From Gemmatimonadota bacterium (GTDB lineage: Bacteria; Gemmatimonadota; Gemmatimonadetes; Gemmatimonadales; GWC2-71-9), in contig JAZDCZ010000254.1 in NCBI GenBank assembly GCA_036679605.1, positions 32,001 to 96,000 on the forward strand: DNA of 64,000 nucleotides. The letters run 5' to 3'. Made by a program: the position numbers and the translations under genes. Positions 20,458 through 30,451 of this stretch are shown here, in pieces. Below the pieces are notes generated by a model. It did no database searches, was not told where the DNA came from, and saw only the letters and a program-made list of their open reading frames with translations. Positions within the stretch are counted from its first letter, which is position 1; every line of letters starts with the position of its first letter.

Positions 20458-21764
20458 TTGGGGCGACTCCGGTGACAGTCCCGCTGCATGCCGCGTCGGC
20501 AACAGGGGCAGTACAGGCTCAAGATTCCACACCGGTCACGCAGATCATGGTCATCGCTGGTGTCCATGAAGCCCACCTCGTCTACCCCCACTACGGCCCT
20601 CAGCACGTGCGCGCCCTCTTGCAGAAGTTTCAGCCTCACGCAGTGGGCGTTGAGAACGATCGCGAGTGGCACGAGCAGCAGAAGCTCGTCTATCCTTTCT
20701 TGGTCGAACTGTACGTCGCCATGGACTGGGCCAGGGATAACGGCATTCCCGCCTACGGGATAGATTGGCACGAACAGACACTCTCGCGGAGCGAGCCCGA
20801 TTCCTCCGGACGGCCTGAGTTCGCCGAAAAAGTTCTTGCCGGAGATCCCGAAACCAGAAATCTGATAGCACGAGGAGGAGACGCTGTCACTCGCCAGGCG
20901 GCCTCACTAGTCTATTCCAATATCCGGCAAGATGCTCTCTACATGCATACCGCGGCTATCGTGGAGGGGATGAAGACGTTCGAAAGCTGGCCCGCTGAGT
21001 GGAAGGAGGCGATCGGTACGCGCGATCAGCACATCGCCGACAACGTCTTGGCTGTCGTGAAGAAGGGGCACGTACAAAGACTGGCCATCGTGATTGGGGG
21101 AGGACACGAGCCGGGGCTGCGCAAACGCTTGTCTGACGAGCCTGGCGTTGAATGGGTTGATGCAGTCGAGCTTCTGCCGCTCAGCAACATGGAAGAACAA
21201 CCCAAGCTGGGCGACGTCTACTGGCTCCTGTCGCGGCACCTGGACGGGATCGACATGGAATGGAACCGGCAGCAGCACGACTGGCGCCGCACGCACGATC
21301 TGCTCCAAAGAGCCCTCAGCGAAGCGCCGGACTCGGCAGTGACTCGATATTTTCAGGCGCGTTGGGACTGGTGGATGGGAAACGCCGGAAAGGCCGAGAA
21401 GGGATTACAGGAGCTGACAGAACTCGATCCCGACTTCGCGTTTCCGTTTCCGATAAACAGCATCTGGCAATGGCCCCCGCTCTCGAGTGTGCGAGCGAAG
21501 GCGATGTTGAGCTTGGCGAATCTGTACGACTATCGGGGTGAGCGAGACAAGGCGCTCGCTCTCTATGGTGAGCTGGTGCAATTAGGTGAATCGCTTAACG
21601 TGTACGGACATCAGCGCGCGTTCTTTAGCTACGACGTGCGCGGGTACATCGCGAGCTTCCTCGAGGAACCCTACTGTCGATGTGAGGAAGAGTGGTATCG
21701 GCCGAAAGGCTACGGCTACGTCCACACGCCTGGAGATCTCAAGACGGTACCGTGGGTCTGGTAG
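20412..21764 (+). CDS. Secreted protein, putative TIKI/TraB/EreA-like metalloenzyme domain plus TPR-like C-terminus
   Basis: IAGVH, FQPHAVGVE, PAYGIDW, RDQHIADN, IVIGGGH; helical LSLANLYDYRGERDKALALY. Confidence 0.55.
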   Translation: MATRSAIHFLSMLTLIGATPVTVPLHAASATGAVQAQDSTPVTQIMVIAGVHEAHLVYPHYGPQHVRALLQKFQPHAVGVENDREWHEQQKLVYPFLVELYVAMDWARDNGIPAYGIDWHEQTLSRSEPDSSGRPEFAEKVLAGDPETRNLIARGGDAVTRQAASLVYSNIRQDALYMHTAAIVEGMKTFESWPAEWKEAIGTRDQHIADNVLAVVKKGHVQRLAIVIGGGHEPGLRKRLSDEPGVEWVDAVELLPLSNMEEQPKLGDVYWLLSRHLDGIDMEWNRQQHDWRRTHDLLQRALSEAPDSAVTRYFQARWDWWMGNAGKAEKGLQELTELDPDFAFPFPINSIWQWPPLSSVRAKAMLSLANLYDYRGERDKALALYGELVQLGESLNVYGHQRAFFSYDVRGYIASFLEEPYCRCEEEWYRPKGYGYVHTPGDLKTVPWVW

Positions 21765-21781
21765 CCAGGGGGCTTCGCGAC

Positions 21782-24700
21782 TTGATCGCTCGAATACTGG
21801 CCCCTCCCATCGCGCGCCACGGAGTTTGGCTCTTTGCGCTTGGTGTCTCAGTCGCCTTCCTCACCAGCTGCTGGGACTTCCACTCGAACCAGCGAGAGAT
21901 CTCGGTACAGCTTTACGAAGGGACTGATCTCTCGTTCGATCTCTCGCCTGACGGACGCTGGATCGTGCTCGACCTGGTCGGCCAGCTGTGGCAGTTGCCG
22001 CTTGGCGGCGGAGACGCTGTGGCACTGACCGACGCCGTGCGCGACACCGTCGAGGCCCACGAGCCCAGATGGGCGCCCGATGGCACGAGCGTGCTGTTCT
22101 GGCGGGGTTACTCGCTGGGACTGATGAAACCGCTATGGCTGCTGTCACTGGACTCCGGCCACACGCGCGCATTGGTGGCCGATACGATCCGGCTCTTCGA
22201 GCCGGCCTGGAGCCCGAGCGGCAAGATGCTCGCGGTGGTGCGCTCCCAGAACCGCGCTCGCCCCAATGACCGCAGCCTACACCTCTACGACATGGCGACC
22301 GGCGAGCTGACACCCATGCCGACCCAGGGCCTGCCTGCGAACACACGCAACACGCTCCATATGCCCACATGGTCGCCGGACGGACGCGCCGTCGCCGTCG
22401 TCGTCGGTGCTGCAGAGGGGCCGATCTGGGAAGTGGACGTCGAGACCGGAGACGCGGTTCGACTGACCCCTCAGGGAGTGCGGGGCACGCATCCCACGTA
22501 TTCCCCCGACGGTGTTTCCATCGCCTACGTCGCGCCGGACGCCGATAGCAACGCTCAGCTCTGGGTGCAGCGACGCGGAGCACCGGGGCGACGGCAGCTC
22601 ACGGAGACGGCTGACGGCACAGAACACCTAACGACGGCGTTCGGACGTGTGGTGTGGACTCCGACGGGACACCGCCTCGTCTTCGCGCGCGCTGGGCGGC
22701 TGTGGTCCGTCCCCCGCGAAGGTGGCGACCCGACGGAGATCCCTTTCACGGCCAACGTCCGTTTCTCGCAACAGCGTCCCGAGCTTCCGCCACTGCAGTT
22801 TCCCACACCGGGGAGCGAACAACGCGCCCGCGGCTTCACGGGAATCGCCCTCGCGCCAAGCGCCGACCTTATTGCGCTCATCGCGTTGGACAGTCTCTGG
22901 CTCGTCACGCTCGACGGGCATGCGAGTAGCATTGCAAGCGTGGGCACGAACGCGAGCGGGCTCGCCTGGTCCCCCGACGGTGGGACGCTCGCGTGGAGTG
23001 GGGGTCGGAACGGCGAAGAAAACCTCTTCGCGACCGACATCGCGACGCGGGCCACTGCGCAACTCACAGCTCTGCCCGGCCAGGAGTCACGATCCGCCTG
23101 GTCCCCGGATGGCAGACAGCTTGCCTTCCTGCACGCCGTGCCGCGGGGACGACGGACAGTTGGTCATCTGCGGGTGTTTGCCGTAGACGGCGCACCGATC
23201 GAGCGGGTAGACCAAACGACGGATCTCGGACGTGCACCGGGCGCGAGCCGGTACACCCCGCTCAACCTGGTTCCGCAATGGTCGAGCGACGGATCCAGCT
23301 TGTTTCTCGCCACCTTCGGTGGACGAGTCGCGGTCGTGCCACTCCAGGGTGCCCGCCGCTCGTTGCGGCTCCCTGCTGCGGCCAACTCCGTCCGGTGGAT
23401 CAGCGATGACTCCGTCGTCTTCGTGTACGAGGACCAGTTGCACGCCGCACGTCTCGGCTCCGACTCGACCACCATTGCCGAGGGCCGCCCAATCACCGGT
23501 GACGCTGCGCTATATCCTGTCGTTGCGCGCAACGGCGCGGTGCTGTACGTGTCCGCCGACGGTCTTCGGCTGCGGCGACCGAACGGCGCCACCATCCGAC
23601 TGGGATGGCCGATTCGATTCCGTACCGCGATCCCCCCAGAGTTGGTCATCCGCAACGTGCGATTGGTTGATGCACGGGGGACCGCGCGCGAACCGTCCAA
23701 CATCGTCGTCACTCACGGGCGCATCGAGCAAATCACACGCGGCAGTGCCGTTCCTGCCGCAACCGGTGCAAGGGTCGTTGACGCCGAGGGCCGCTTCCTC
23801 ATCCCCGGCCTTATTGACCTACACGCGCACCCCGTCGACGAGGCTCAGCTCAGGGGTGCACTGTACTTCGGGGTCACGACGCTACGAGACCTTGGAAACC
23901 CGATCGCCCGGGTGGCGGCGTGGCGTGACGCGGTGGCGGCCGGCACGATGTCGGGACCCCGCATCGTCCTGGGTGGTCTCCAGTTCGCTCCAGGGTGTGT
24001 CACGTTCGGAGGCGGGTGGTGCATCTTCTCGGAATTCGTACAACACCCTCCCGATGATTCAGTAGCCGCCCGCGGGCTCGCCCTCGCCCATGCGTTCGGG
24101 ACCGAGACTGTGAAGCTGTACCAGCCACAGTCGCTCCCGGGAGCCCGGCGGTTCATTGAGATGGCACATCGGCTCGGGATGCGGGTGACCGGCCACTATG
24201 GGCACAACCTGCCGTTGCTGGCCGCCGGGATGGATGGGGAAGAGCACACCGGAATGTTTGGTCCGGTGGTGTATCAGGATGTCGCTGCGCTTGCGCACGC
24301 GGCCGGTTTGGTGATAACACCGACGCTCGTGCCCTGGCGATGGTCGATGGCCATCTCGTCCGATACCGCCGTCTTCTCAACTCCCGAACTCGCCCCGTTC
24401 ACGGACCCCGCGACTCGTCGGTTCTTTTCCGGTTCAAGGTTTCGCGCTTCGGCGATCCCGTCCCTGGAGCAGGCCAGTCGCAACCACAGGGCGACTGTTC
24501 GCCGGCTGCACCAGGCCGGAGTGATCATCGGAGCGGGAACGGACCTGTCGGCGCCAACTTGGGCGGTACACGGAGAGATGGAGGAACTCGTGGCGTCGGG
24601 GCTCACTCCCGGGGAGGCCCTCGCCGCCGCGACCTCCACGGCCGCACGCATTCTCGGAGCCGAGAGCGAGATCGGTGCCGTTGCGCCTGGCATGATCGCC

Positions 24701-24820
24701 GACCTCGTCATCCTGGAAGCAGATCCGCTCGTAGATATCCGGAATACGCGAAGGATCTGGGCGGTGATTCAAGGTGGGCGCGTGGTAGATCGCAAGCGGT
24801 TACGCAACCCAGACCCATGA
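21782..24820 (+). CDS. TolB/PD40 propeller-amidohydrolase fusion (second paralog, probable lipoprotein)
   Basis: WSPDG repeats, PGLIDLHAH, VKLY, EEH, AGTD; lipobox LTSC; start uncertain (ORF open from 21692, TTG 21782 plausible). Confidence 0.87.
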   Translation: MIARILAPPIARHGVWLFALGVSVAFLTSCWDFHSNQREISVQLYEGTDLSFDLSPDGRWIVLDLVGQLWQLPLGGGDAVALTDAVRDTVEAHEPRWAPDGTSVLFWRGYSLGLMKPLWLLSLDSGHTRALVADTIRLFEPAWSPSGKMLAVVRSQNRARPNDRSLHLYDMATGELTPMPTQGLPANTRNTLHMPTWSPDGRAVAVVVGAAEGPIWEVDVETGDAVRLTPQGVRGTHPTYSPDGVSIAYVAPDADSNAQLWVQRRGAPGRRQLTETADGTEHLTTAFGRVVWTPTGHRLVFARAGRLWSVPREGGDPTEIPFTANVRFSQQRPELPPLQFPTPGSEQRARGFTGIALAPSADLIALIALDSLWLVTLDGHASSIASVGTNASGLAWSPDGGTLAWSGGRNGEENLFATDIATRATAQLTALPGQESRSAWSPDGRQLAFLHAVPRGRRTVGHLRVFAVDGAPIERVDQTTDLGRAPGASRYTPLNLVPQWSSDGSSLFLATFGGRVAVVPLQGARRSLRLPAAANSVRWISDDSVVFVYEDQLHAARLGSDSTTIAEGRPITGDAALYPVVARNGAVLYVSADGLRLRRPNGATIRLGWPIRFRTAIPPELVIRNVRLVDARGTAREPSNIVVTHGRIEQITRGSAVPAATGARVVDAEGRFLIPGLIDLHAHPVDEAQLRGALYFGVTTLRDLGNPIARVAAWRDAVAAGTMSGPRIVLGGLQFAPGCVTFGGGWCIFSEFVQHPPDDSVAARGLALAHAFGTETVKLYQPQSLPGARRFIEMAHRLGMRVTGHYGHNLPLLAAGMDGEEHTGMFGPVVYQDVAALAHAAGLVITPTLVPWRWSMAISSDTAVFSTPELAPFTDPATRRFFSGSRFRASAIPSLEQASRNHRATVRRLHQAGVIIGAGTDLSAPTWAVHGEMEELVASGLTPGEALAAATSTAARILGAESEIGAVAPGMIADLVILEADPLVDIRNTRRIWAVIQGGRVVDRKRLRNPDP

Positions 24821-25002
24821 GAGGCCAGTGGGCTACTGATTGCATCCCACAGTTACTGTTGGGACGCTACCGGGCGTCGCTCTCCTCGACCGATCACCGA
24901 GTTGGCCGGGCTCCTCGGAGCACCATGTGGAAAGCCAGAAGGCGAAGGTTGGTACGCCGCCCCACACGCTTACCTTACTGACAGGACATCCGGCAAAGGA
25001 CG

Positions 25003-25437
25003 ATGAGAATGTCGCGTGAGCCTCTCTCGCGAAGGCACTTTCTAACAACACTGCCCCTGGGCGCGATAGCCGTTTTCGTGAGCACCAAGCCACTGCGCGG
25101 GCTCGATCTGCTTGGCGCAGAACCCACCAAGCATCCGGATCCGCGCCCCGGGATAGATGGCTCAAAGGTCCTGACCGGTGAACAGCTGTACAATCGCGCT
25201 GCACTCCCGGTCTACGACCAGATTCGCGAGATCCCCGAGATCGCGGACAGCATCCATTGTTACTGCGGCTGTGCGGATCTCCCTGAATATTATTCACTCC
25301 TTACGTGCTACGAAGAAGGTGGAATGGCCCAAGGCTGTGATATCTGCCAGGGCCAGGGACGTCTCGTCTACCGACGCCACAAAGAAGGTCAAACTCTCGA
25401 TCAAATCCGAAGAGCCATCGACGCTCGCTTCGCATGA
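25003..25437 (+). CDS. PCYCGC-motif Cys-rich protein, Tat signal
   Basis: SRRHFL, HCYCGC...LLTCY...CDICQG. Confidence 0.8.
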   Translation: MRMSREPLSRRHFLTTLPLGAIAVFVSTKPLRGLDLLGAEPTKHPDPRPGIDGSKVLTGEQLYNRAALPVYDQIREIPEIADSIHCYCGCADLPEYYSLLTCYEEGGMAQGCDICQGQGRLVYRRHKEGQTLDQIRRAIDARFA

Positions 25438-25495
25438 CCCGCGTGGGGCGGGGCGGTCGCGATTCCTAGTGCTAGCCCTACTTGGAGGAGATCTC

Positions 25496-26413
25496 ATGAA
25501 AGCCCGTCTTTTCTCGCTGACCGCTGTAGCCACTTTAGCGGGAATCCTCTCTCTTCCTCTGGAGGCCCAGATCCGGGGCAGCGAGCACTCGCTCGTGACC
25601 CAGACGGTGGACGGGACGACGATCTCAGTGGATTACTACCGCCCCCGTGCGCGGGGACGCGATCCCATCTTCGGGGGGGTCGTAGACTGGGGACACCTGT
25701 GGACCCCCGGGGCCAACTGGGCGACCACGTTCGAGTTCAGCAAGGACGTAGAATTGAACGGGCACCCAGTGCCGAAGGGCAAGTACTCGGTGTGGATGAT
25801 TGCGCAGCCGGATCTCTGGGAGGTCATACTGGACCCCAATGACAGCATCTTCCATCTTCTGCGCCCGCCTTTGACCGCAAAGCAGATCCGGATCTCGGTT
25901 ACACCGGTCGAGGGGACGTACGCCGAGGTACTCACCTTTTCGTTCCCGCTCGTCCGGAGCGACGGTACCGACCTCGTCTTCCAATGGGGAACGACCCAAG
26001 TGCCGATGCAGGTGACCGTCCAGAGCACGCAAACGCTCACCGTCGAGCCCGAGGCCGCCGCGCCCTATCCCGGGGTCTACGACGTGGTGGAGGTGGGACC
26101 ACACCACGAAATGCCCCCAGCCGAGCGCACTCGAACGCACTCGCAAATGAAGCTGACCTACTCGGGCGGTCATCTCACAGCGCTTTGGGATATGGGGGGA
26201 AACCAGGGCGACGAGAACGGAGTCGTCGAGGTGATGATGGTGCCGGTCTCGGACCAGGTGTTCCATCTGGGCTGGATGCAGGGCGGAGAGCTGTACGAGA
26301 CCGAAATGGATCTCTGGGTCGAGTTTGTCGTGGAAGACGGCTCGGCGACCGGCTTCAAGGTCCGCTTTGGAATCCTTGACGAGATCGTCTGGGAAGGAAC
26401 CCGGGTGAACTGA
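25496..26413 (+). CDS. DUF2911 domain protein with C-terminal extension
   Basis: GGAGG RBS; ISVDYYRPRARGR.IFGGVV.WG.LW.PGANWATTFEFSKDV..G..VPKGKYSVW. Confidence 0.85.
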   Translation: MKARLFSLTAVATLAGILSLPLEAQIRGSEHSLVTQTVDGTTISVDYYRPRARGRDPIFGGVVDWGHLWTPGANWATTFEFSKDVELNGHPVPKGKYSVWMIAQPDLWEVILDPNDSIFHLLRPPLTAKQIRISVTPVEGTYAEVLTFSFPLVRSDGTDLVFQWGTTQVPMQVTVQSTQTLTVEPEAAAPYPGVYDVVEVGPHHEMPPAERTRTHSQMKLTYSGGHLTALWDMGGNQGDENGVVEVMMVPVSDQVFHLGWMQGGELYETEMDLWVEFVVEDGSATGFKVRFGILDEIVWEGTRVN

Positions 26414-26429
26414 GGTGGCAGACAACACC

Positions 26430-26510
26430 GAGTTCGGGCGAGGCATGCGGCGTGAGTAGGGGCGAGGCAGGCGGCGTGAGTAGGGGCAAGGCGTGCCTCG
26501 CCCTCTACTC
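26430..26510. repeat. REP-like element: two 24-nt half units followed by a GTAG-type palindrome
   Basis: gagttcgggcgaggcatgcggcgt / gagtaggggcgaggcaggcggcgt / gagtaggggcaaggcgtgcctcgccctctactc, between convergent genes. Confidence 0.7.
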
Positions 26511-29378
26511 TTGCCGCAACGCCTCGATCGGATCGACACGCATCGCACGACGCGCGGGGAGATATGTGGCAGCCAGCGCAAGCGCGAAGATCAACACAGC
26601 CACCCCTGCCAACGTCGTGGGATCCAGGGGAACGACCCCAAACAGCAGACTCGATACGTAGCGCGTCACCCAGAACACCAGTACGAAACCCAGTGCGACC
26701 CCCAACCCGACCATGCGAGCCCCCTGGCCGAGCACGAGCCCCGCTATGTTCGAGTGGGCTGCACCGAGCGCCATCCTAATGCCGAGTTCGCGCGTGCGCT
26801 GAGTCACTGCATAGGTGAGCACCCCGAAGAGGCCGAGGCACGTGATGCCTGTGGCCAGCACGGCAAATAGAACTACCAACTGCGCCCTGAACCTGCTGTC
26901 CGCACTTTGCTCTGCGACCATCTGGTCGAGGGTGCGGATCTGTCGGACCTCGATCTCGTTGGGGTCGACGGCCACGATTTCGCGGCGCAACACCTCTGCC
27001 AATGCTGCCGGCTCCACAGAGGCGCGAACAAAGAGGTTCTCGCCACGCGCGTTGTGTAAATAGAAGGTGGGCCGTGGTTCGACTCCGAGCGTGTTCTGTA
27101 CGTCCTGCGCCACCCCAATTACTTCGGCTCCTACTCCGAACCACGGGAGGGGTGATTGCGGATCGAATTGCTCGCCCCTTCGGATCCTACTCAGCGTTTG
27201 CGCGATGACGTCCGGGGCCTCATCCCTCGGAAAGAAGACTTTGCCCAACGGGCTCTCGCCGGGCCAAACCTTCCGGGCCATTGCCGCGTTGATCACAACT
27301 CGCTGGTTTTGCAATAGCCAGGAACGGTCGTCCCCGCCATTGTCCCAGGCGGCGACTTGTTGGTTCCAACGCGCCTCGTTGGCGGCTATGTCGGCGTTGT
27401 TCCAGGCACGACCCTCGAGCATCGGGAAGCCCATGGTGCGAAAGTATCCCGCTGATAGCATTTGCATATGGGCCACCGGGCGTTGGCCCTCCTCGGGTCG
27501 TGGCCGGTCGGGCAGCGTGATAACTGTGACCGACGGCTCCACACCGGATAATGGCACAGACCCCCATCGCCCTGAAGCGTACGCCGCGACCCCGGGAATC
27601 GACTCAACGCGGTCCCGGAGCAGGGCATGCAGTTGGCGCCACCCTGAAGGCCCATTGTATTTCGAAAATTGCGGAGGGGGTAAACTGATCTTCACGTGGA
27701 CAACGCGTTCGCCAACCCCCGTGTCGACTCCTACGAGGTTCCAAAAGCTCTGCAGCATGAGACCGGCACCAGCGAGCAGCACCAGCGACAGTGCTACCTC
27801 GGCGGTGACCAGCACGCGAAGTGAACGGGTCCGGGCAAGCGTGGCGCCTCGACCTCCGGCCTTGAGTACCTCGGACGAGTCGCGCCGGGCACCACGCGCA
27901 GCGGGCCACAGGCCCACGAGCAGCACGCTGGCCAGCGATACACCTACCGCGAACGCCAGCACTCCCGCATCAAGACCGGCCTGGTCCAACCGGTGCACGC
28001 CGTCCGGCGAGAACATCTTGAGGGCGGCGATACCCCAATACGCCAACAACACACCCAACACACACGCCGTGCCCCCGAGTACTGTTGCTTCGGTGAGCAA
28101 CTGACTGAAAATGCGTCGTGCTCCGGCGCCGAGAGCCGCACGGACAGCCAGTTCCCGCTCCCGAGCCACCCCCCAACCCAATAGCAGGCTCGAAACGCTG
28201 GCGCAGGCAACGAGCAACACCAGCGCCGTGGCCGCCCAGAGAAAGCCCAATGCCACTCCATATTCCTGGCGCAGCAGATCGCCAACCGAAAAAACGGTCA
28301 CTTCGAGACCCGCTTCCGTTTCGGGAGCGATCTCGGCCATCCCGTCCGCAATGGATTGCAGATTTGTCCGTGCCTGCTCGACTGTCACCCCCTCCCGCAG
28401 CTGAGCGAGGGTACGGATTCCCCCAAAACGACGCTCGGTGCGGTATCCTCCCTGATCAAGCCCGACTGGCAAAATCAATTCCAGTGCCTGCGACACTGCG
28501 TAGTTGGCGCCTTTGCGTAGAGGCGGCATCCTGAAATCCGGCGGCAGGACACCAACGACCTCATATTCCGACGGGAGGTAGCCCTCCCCCTGGACATAAC
28601 GCCACAGGGGAATCGTCTGTCCGATCACATCCTCACCACCCAATTCGCGCAGCCAGTACCCGTGGCTAAGCAACACAACGTTGCCGGCGCCATCCAGGTC
28701 CTCGTCGGCCCGAAACGTGCGACCGCGAAACGGCGCAACTCCCATCATCGTGAACAGATCGGCGGAAACGTAAGCAGCCGGTATCACCGAAGCGCGGTCC
28801 TCATCTCCGGTGGCTACTCCGCCGGTGTAATAGATGGCGGCAAAGTGCGAGAAGACATCGTTCCGGCTGCGGTACTCGCGGAAATTGGGAATCGACATCT
28901 GCAGCTCGTCCTCCGGCGGACCGGCGCGACGATTGGAGTGGTCCCACAGTTGCACCACCCTATCGGGCGACTTGAAGGGAAGCGGTGCCAAGACAACCGT
29001 CTTGATCACGCCGAACATGGCGGCATTGGCCCCGATGCCCAGCGCCAGCGTGAGCACCGCCGCGACGGTGAATCCCGGTCTCCTGCGCAGGGCTCGGACG
29101 GCGGAGCGGAGATCGTGAGCTAGGCCAACCAAGAAGCTCGCCCGAGCCTGCTTGCGCACGTGACCGTGCAGAATCTTTTCCCCTTGCTCGCGATAGTGTC
29201 GAGCGTCGCCGAAACGTCGCTCTGCGTCACGCCGAGCTTCCGCCGGCTCCATTCCCTCGGCCTCACTGTCGAGGGTTCGCTGTTGCAAGTGGAAGTGAAA
29301 CTCTTCATCGATCTCATTGAGTGTGCGACGGCGGGATGGCAGCCATTGGCGGATGTCAAAGCAGCGTTTGAGATTCAT
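26505..29378 (-). CDS. ADOP-family duplicated ABC permease (2x MacB_PCD+FtsX), copy 1
   Basis: TLALGIGANAAMF, RERELAVRAALGA, RTRELGIRMALGA, PARRAMRVDP; prefix EIDEEFHFHL...ERRFGD; no cognate ATPase nearby. Confidence 0.92.
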   Translation of the reverse strand: MNLKRCFDIRQWLPSRRRTLNEIDEEFHFHLQQRTLDSEAEGMEPAEARRDAERRFGDARHYREQGEKILHGHVRKQARASFLVGLAHDLRSAVRALRRRPGFTVAAVLTLALGIGANAAMFGVIKTVVLAPLPFKSPDRVVQLWDHSNRRAGPPEDELQMSIPNFREYRSRNDVFSHFAAIYYTGGVATGDEDRASVIPAAYVSADLFTMMGVAPFRGRTFRADEDLDGAGNVVLLSHGYWLRELGGEDVIGQTIPLWRYVQGEGYLPSEYEVVGVLPPDFRMPPLRKGANYAVSQALELILPVGLDQGGYRTERRFGGIRTLAQLREGVTVEQARTNLQSIADGMAEIAPETEAGLEVTVFSVGDLLRQEYGVALGFLWAATALVLLVACASVSSLLLGWGVARERELAVRAALGAGARRIFSQLLTEATVLGGTACVLGVLLAYWGIAALKMFSPDGVHRLDQAGLDAGVLAFAVGVSLASVLLVGLWPAARGARRDSSEVLKAGGRGATLARTRSLRVLVTAEVALSLVLLAGAGLMLQSFWNLVGVDTGVGERVVHVKISLPPPQFSKYNGPSGWRQLHALLRDRVESIPGVAAYASGRWGSVPLSGVEPSVTVITLPDRPRPEEGQRPVAHMQMLSAGYFRTMGFPMLEGRAWNNADIAANEARWNQQVAAWDNGGDDRSWLLQNQRVVINAAMARKVWPGESPLGKVFFPRDEAPDVIAQTLSRIRRGEQFDPQSPLPWFGVGAEVIGVAQDVQNTLGVEPRPTFYLHNARGENLFVRASVEPAALAEVLRREIVAVDPNEIEVRQIRTLDQMVAEQSADSRFRAQLVVLFAVLATGITCLGLFGVLTYAVTQRTRELGIRMALGAAHSNIAGLVLGQGARMVGLGVALGFVLVFWVTRYVSSLLFGVVPLDPTTLAGVAVLIFALALAATYLPARRAMRVDPIEALRQE

Positions 29379-29722
29379 CGGACCGCCTCCGGCTTGGGAG
29401 TCATGACCTTGCCCACCGCCTCAGAAAACCGCTCCCAAAGCACTGCTTTCTCCTTCAACTGGCCACGACCGGCCCGAGTCAGGCTATAGATCTTGGCTCG
29501 GCGCTTGCTTTCGGTGAGAAACCACTCCGCTTCGATCAATCCTCGCTTTTGCATGCGATAGAGCGCGGGATACATCGATCCCTCGTCGACCTGGAGGGTA
29601 TCGTCTGTCAGGGCCTGAAGACGGCGGGTGATCCCGTACCCGTGTTGGGGCTCCTGCTCCAGAATCTGGAGCACCAGCATGTCGAGGGTGCCCTTGAGGA
29701 CTTCGATCGCATCAGATTGCAT
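29375..29722 (-). CDS. PadR-family regulator 1 (acidobacterial type)
   Basis: LKGTLDMLVLQIL..HGYGI..VDEGSMYPALYRM..RRAKIYSLT..G; stop overlaps the ADOP start. Confidence 0.92.
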   Translation of the reverse strand: MQSDAIEVLKGTLDMLVLQILEQEPQHGYGITRRLQALTDDTLQVDEGSMYPALYRMQKRGLIEAEWFLTESKRRAKIYSLTRAGRGQLKEKAVLWERFSEAVGKVMTPKPEAVR

Positions 29723-29735
29723 CGTGGGTCCCTTA

Positions 29736-29752
29736 CCTTAGAAGTTCTAGGG
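29736..29752. promoter_or_regulatory. Putative PadR1 operator
   Basis: Imperfect palindrome CCTTAGAA-G-TTCTAGGG just upstream of padR1. Confidence 0.5.
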
Positions 29753-29803
29753 AATGATACGAGCCTTCGCGCCTCGACGCAAGTCTTCAGGCTGTGTCAT
29801 CCG

Positions 29804-29855
29804 TTGACGATACTGTCGATCTATGGTATGATATTTTCGCGGAAATAATATACCA
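29804..29855 (+). promoter_or_regulatory. sigma70 promoter with overlapping long inverted repeat (AbiE-type operator)
   Basis: TTGACG-N17-TATGAT with extended TGn; IR tggtatgatattttcg/cggaaataatatacca at 29824-29855. Confidence 0.7.
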
Positions 29856-29870
29856 AGAGGTCGACCTGAC

Positions 29871-30446
29871 ATGCCTAGAGCAGCGAATTTCACTCTCCAT
29901 CCAGGGACTGTGTACCGGACGAAATCCTTCCAGAAGTATGGGAAGAACCCCACGCGACTGGCCGCCCGTCTCGTAAGAGAGGGTCACTTGGAGAAACTCC
30001 GGAGTGGTCTCTATTACGCCCCACGCGTCAGTCGGTTTGGTGTTGTACCGCCCGCAGACGGGGAGTTGCTCCGAGTGTTTTTCGATGGCGCTCCCTACTT
30101 GGTAACAGGGCCGTCGGTTTGGAACAGTCTGGCCCTTGGATCGACCACGGTGGCGAATGTCCAATTGGTCTACAACATGCAACGCACAGGTGTGGTCGAA
30201 CTGGCCGGACGACGCTTCGAGCTGCGTCGTGTTCGATTTCCTCGACGAGGTGTAAGACCGGAGTACTACGTCGTTGACCTCTTTGAGAACGTCGACGTCG
30301 CGGGAGTCGAGTACGACGTCTTGACCGCGAACCTGCGCAAGGCTATGGCGAATCGACGTTTTGATGCCTCGAGGCTTCGAGATGTCGCTCTCGAATACGG
30401 CAGCAAACGCACTCAGCGAGCCGTGTCCCAGGCCATCGGCGCGTAG
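29871..30446 (+). CDS. AbiEi-like (type IV TA) antitoxin, module A
   Basis: N-terminal wHTH RLVREGHLEKLRSGLYY, WNSLALGST; directly upstream of an AbiEii-like gene. Confidence 0.72.
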   Translation: MPRAANFTLHPGTVYRTKSFQKYGKNPTRLAARLVREGHLEKLRSGLYYAPRVSRFGVVPPADGELLRVFFDGAPYLVTGPSVWNSLALGSTTVANVQLVYNMQRTGVVELAGRRFELRRVRFPRRGVRPEYYVVDLFENVDVAGVEYDVLTANLRKAMANRRFDASRLRDVALEYGSKRTQRAVSQAIGA

Positions 30447-30451
30447 ACCAA

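Noticed and set aside
15377..24820. Integron cassette array
   Set aside because: No intI, and the repeats lie upstream of genes, contain promoter and RBS, and lack attC RYYYAAC...GTTRRRY ends.
26430..26510. CRISPR array (24-nt repeats; also 21-nt repeats at 44497-44570)
   Set aside because: Units are directly tandem with no unique spacers, there are only three degenerate copies, and no cas genes are present; better explained as REP-like.
27067..28104. Long antisense ORFs (e.g. 27067-28104, 36788-37636, 25625-26581, 18007-18855)
   Set aside because: Shadow frames of GC-rich genes with no motifs; they recur only because the sense genes are paralogous.
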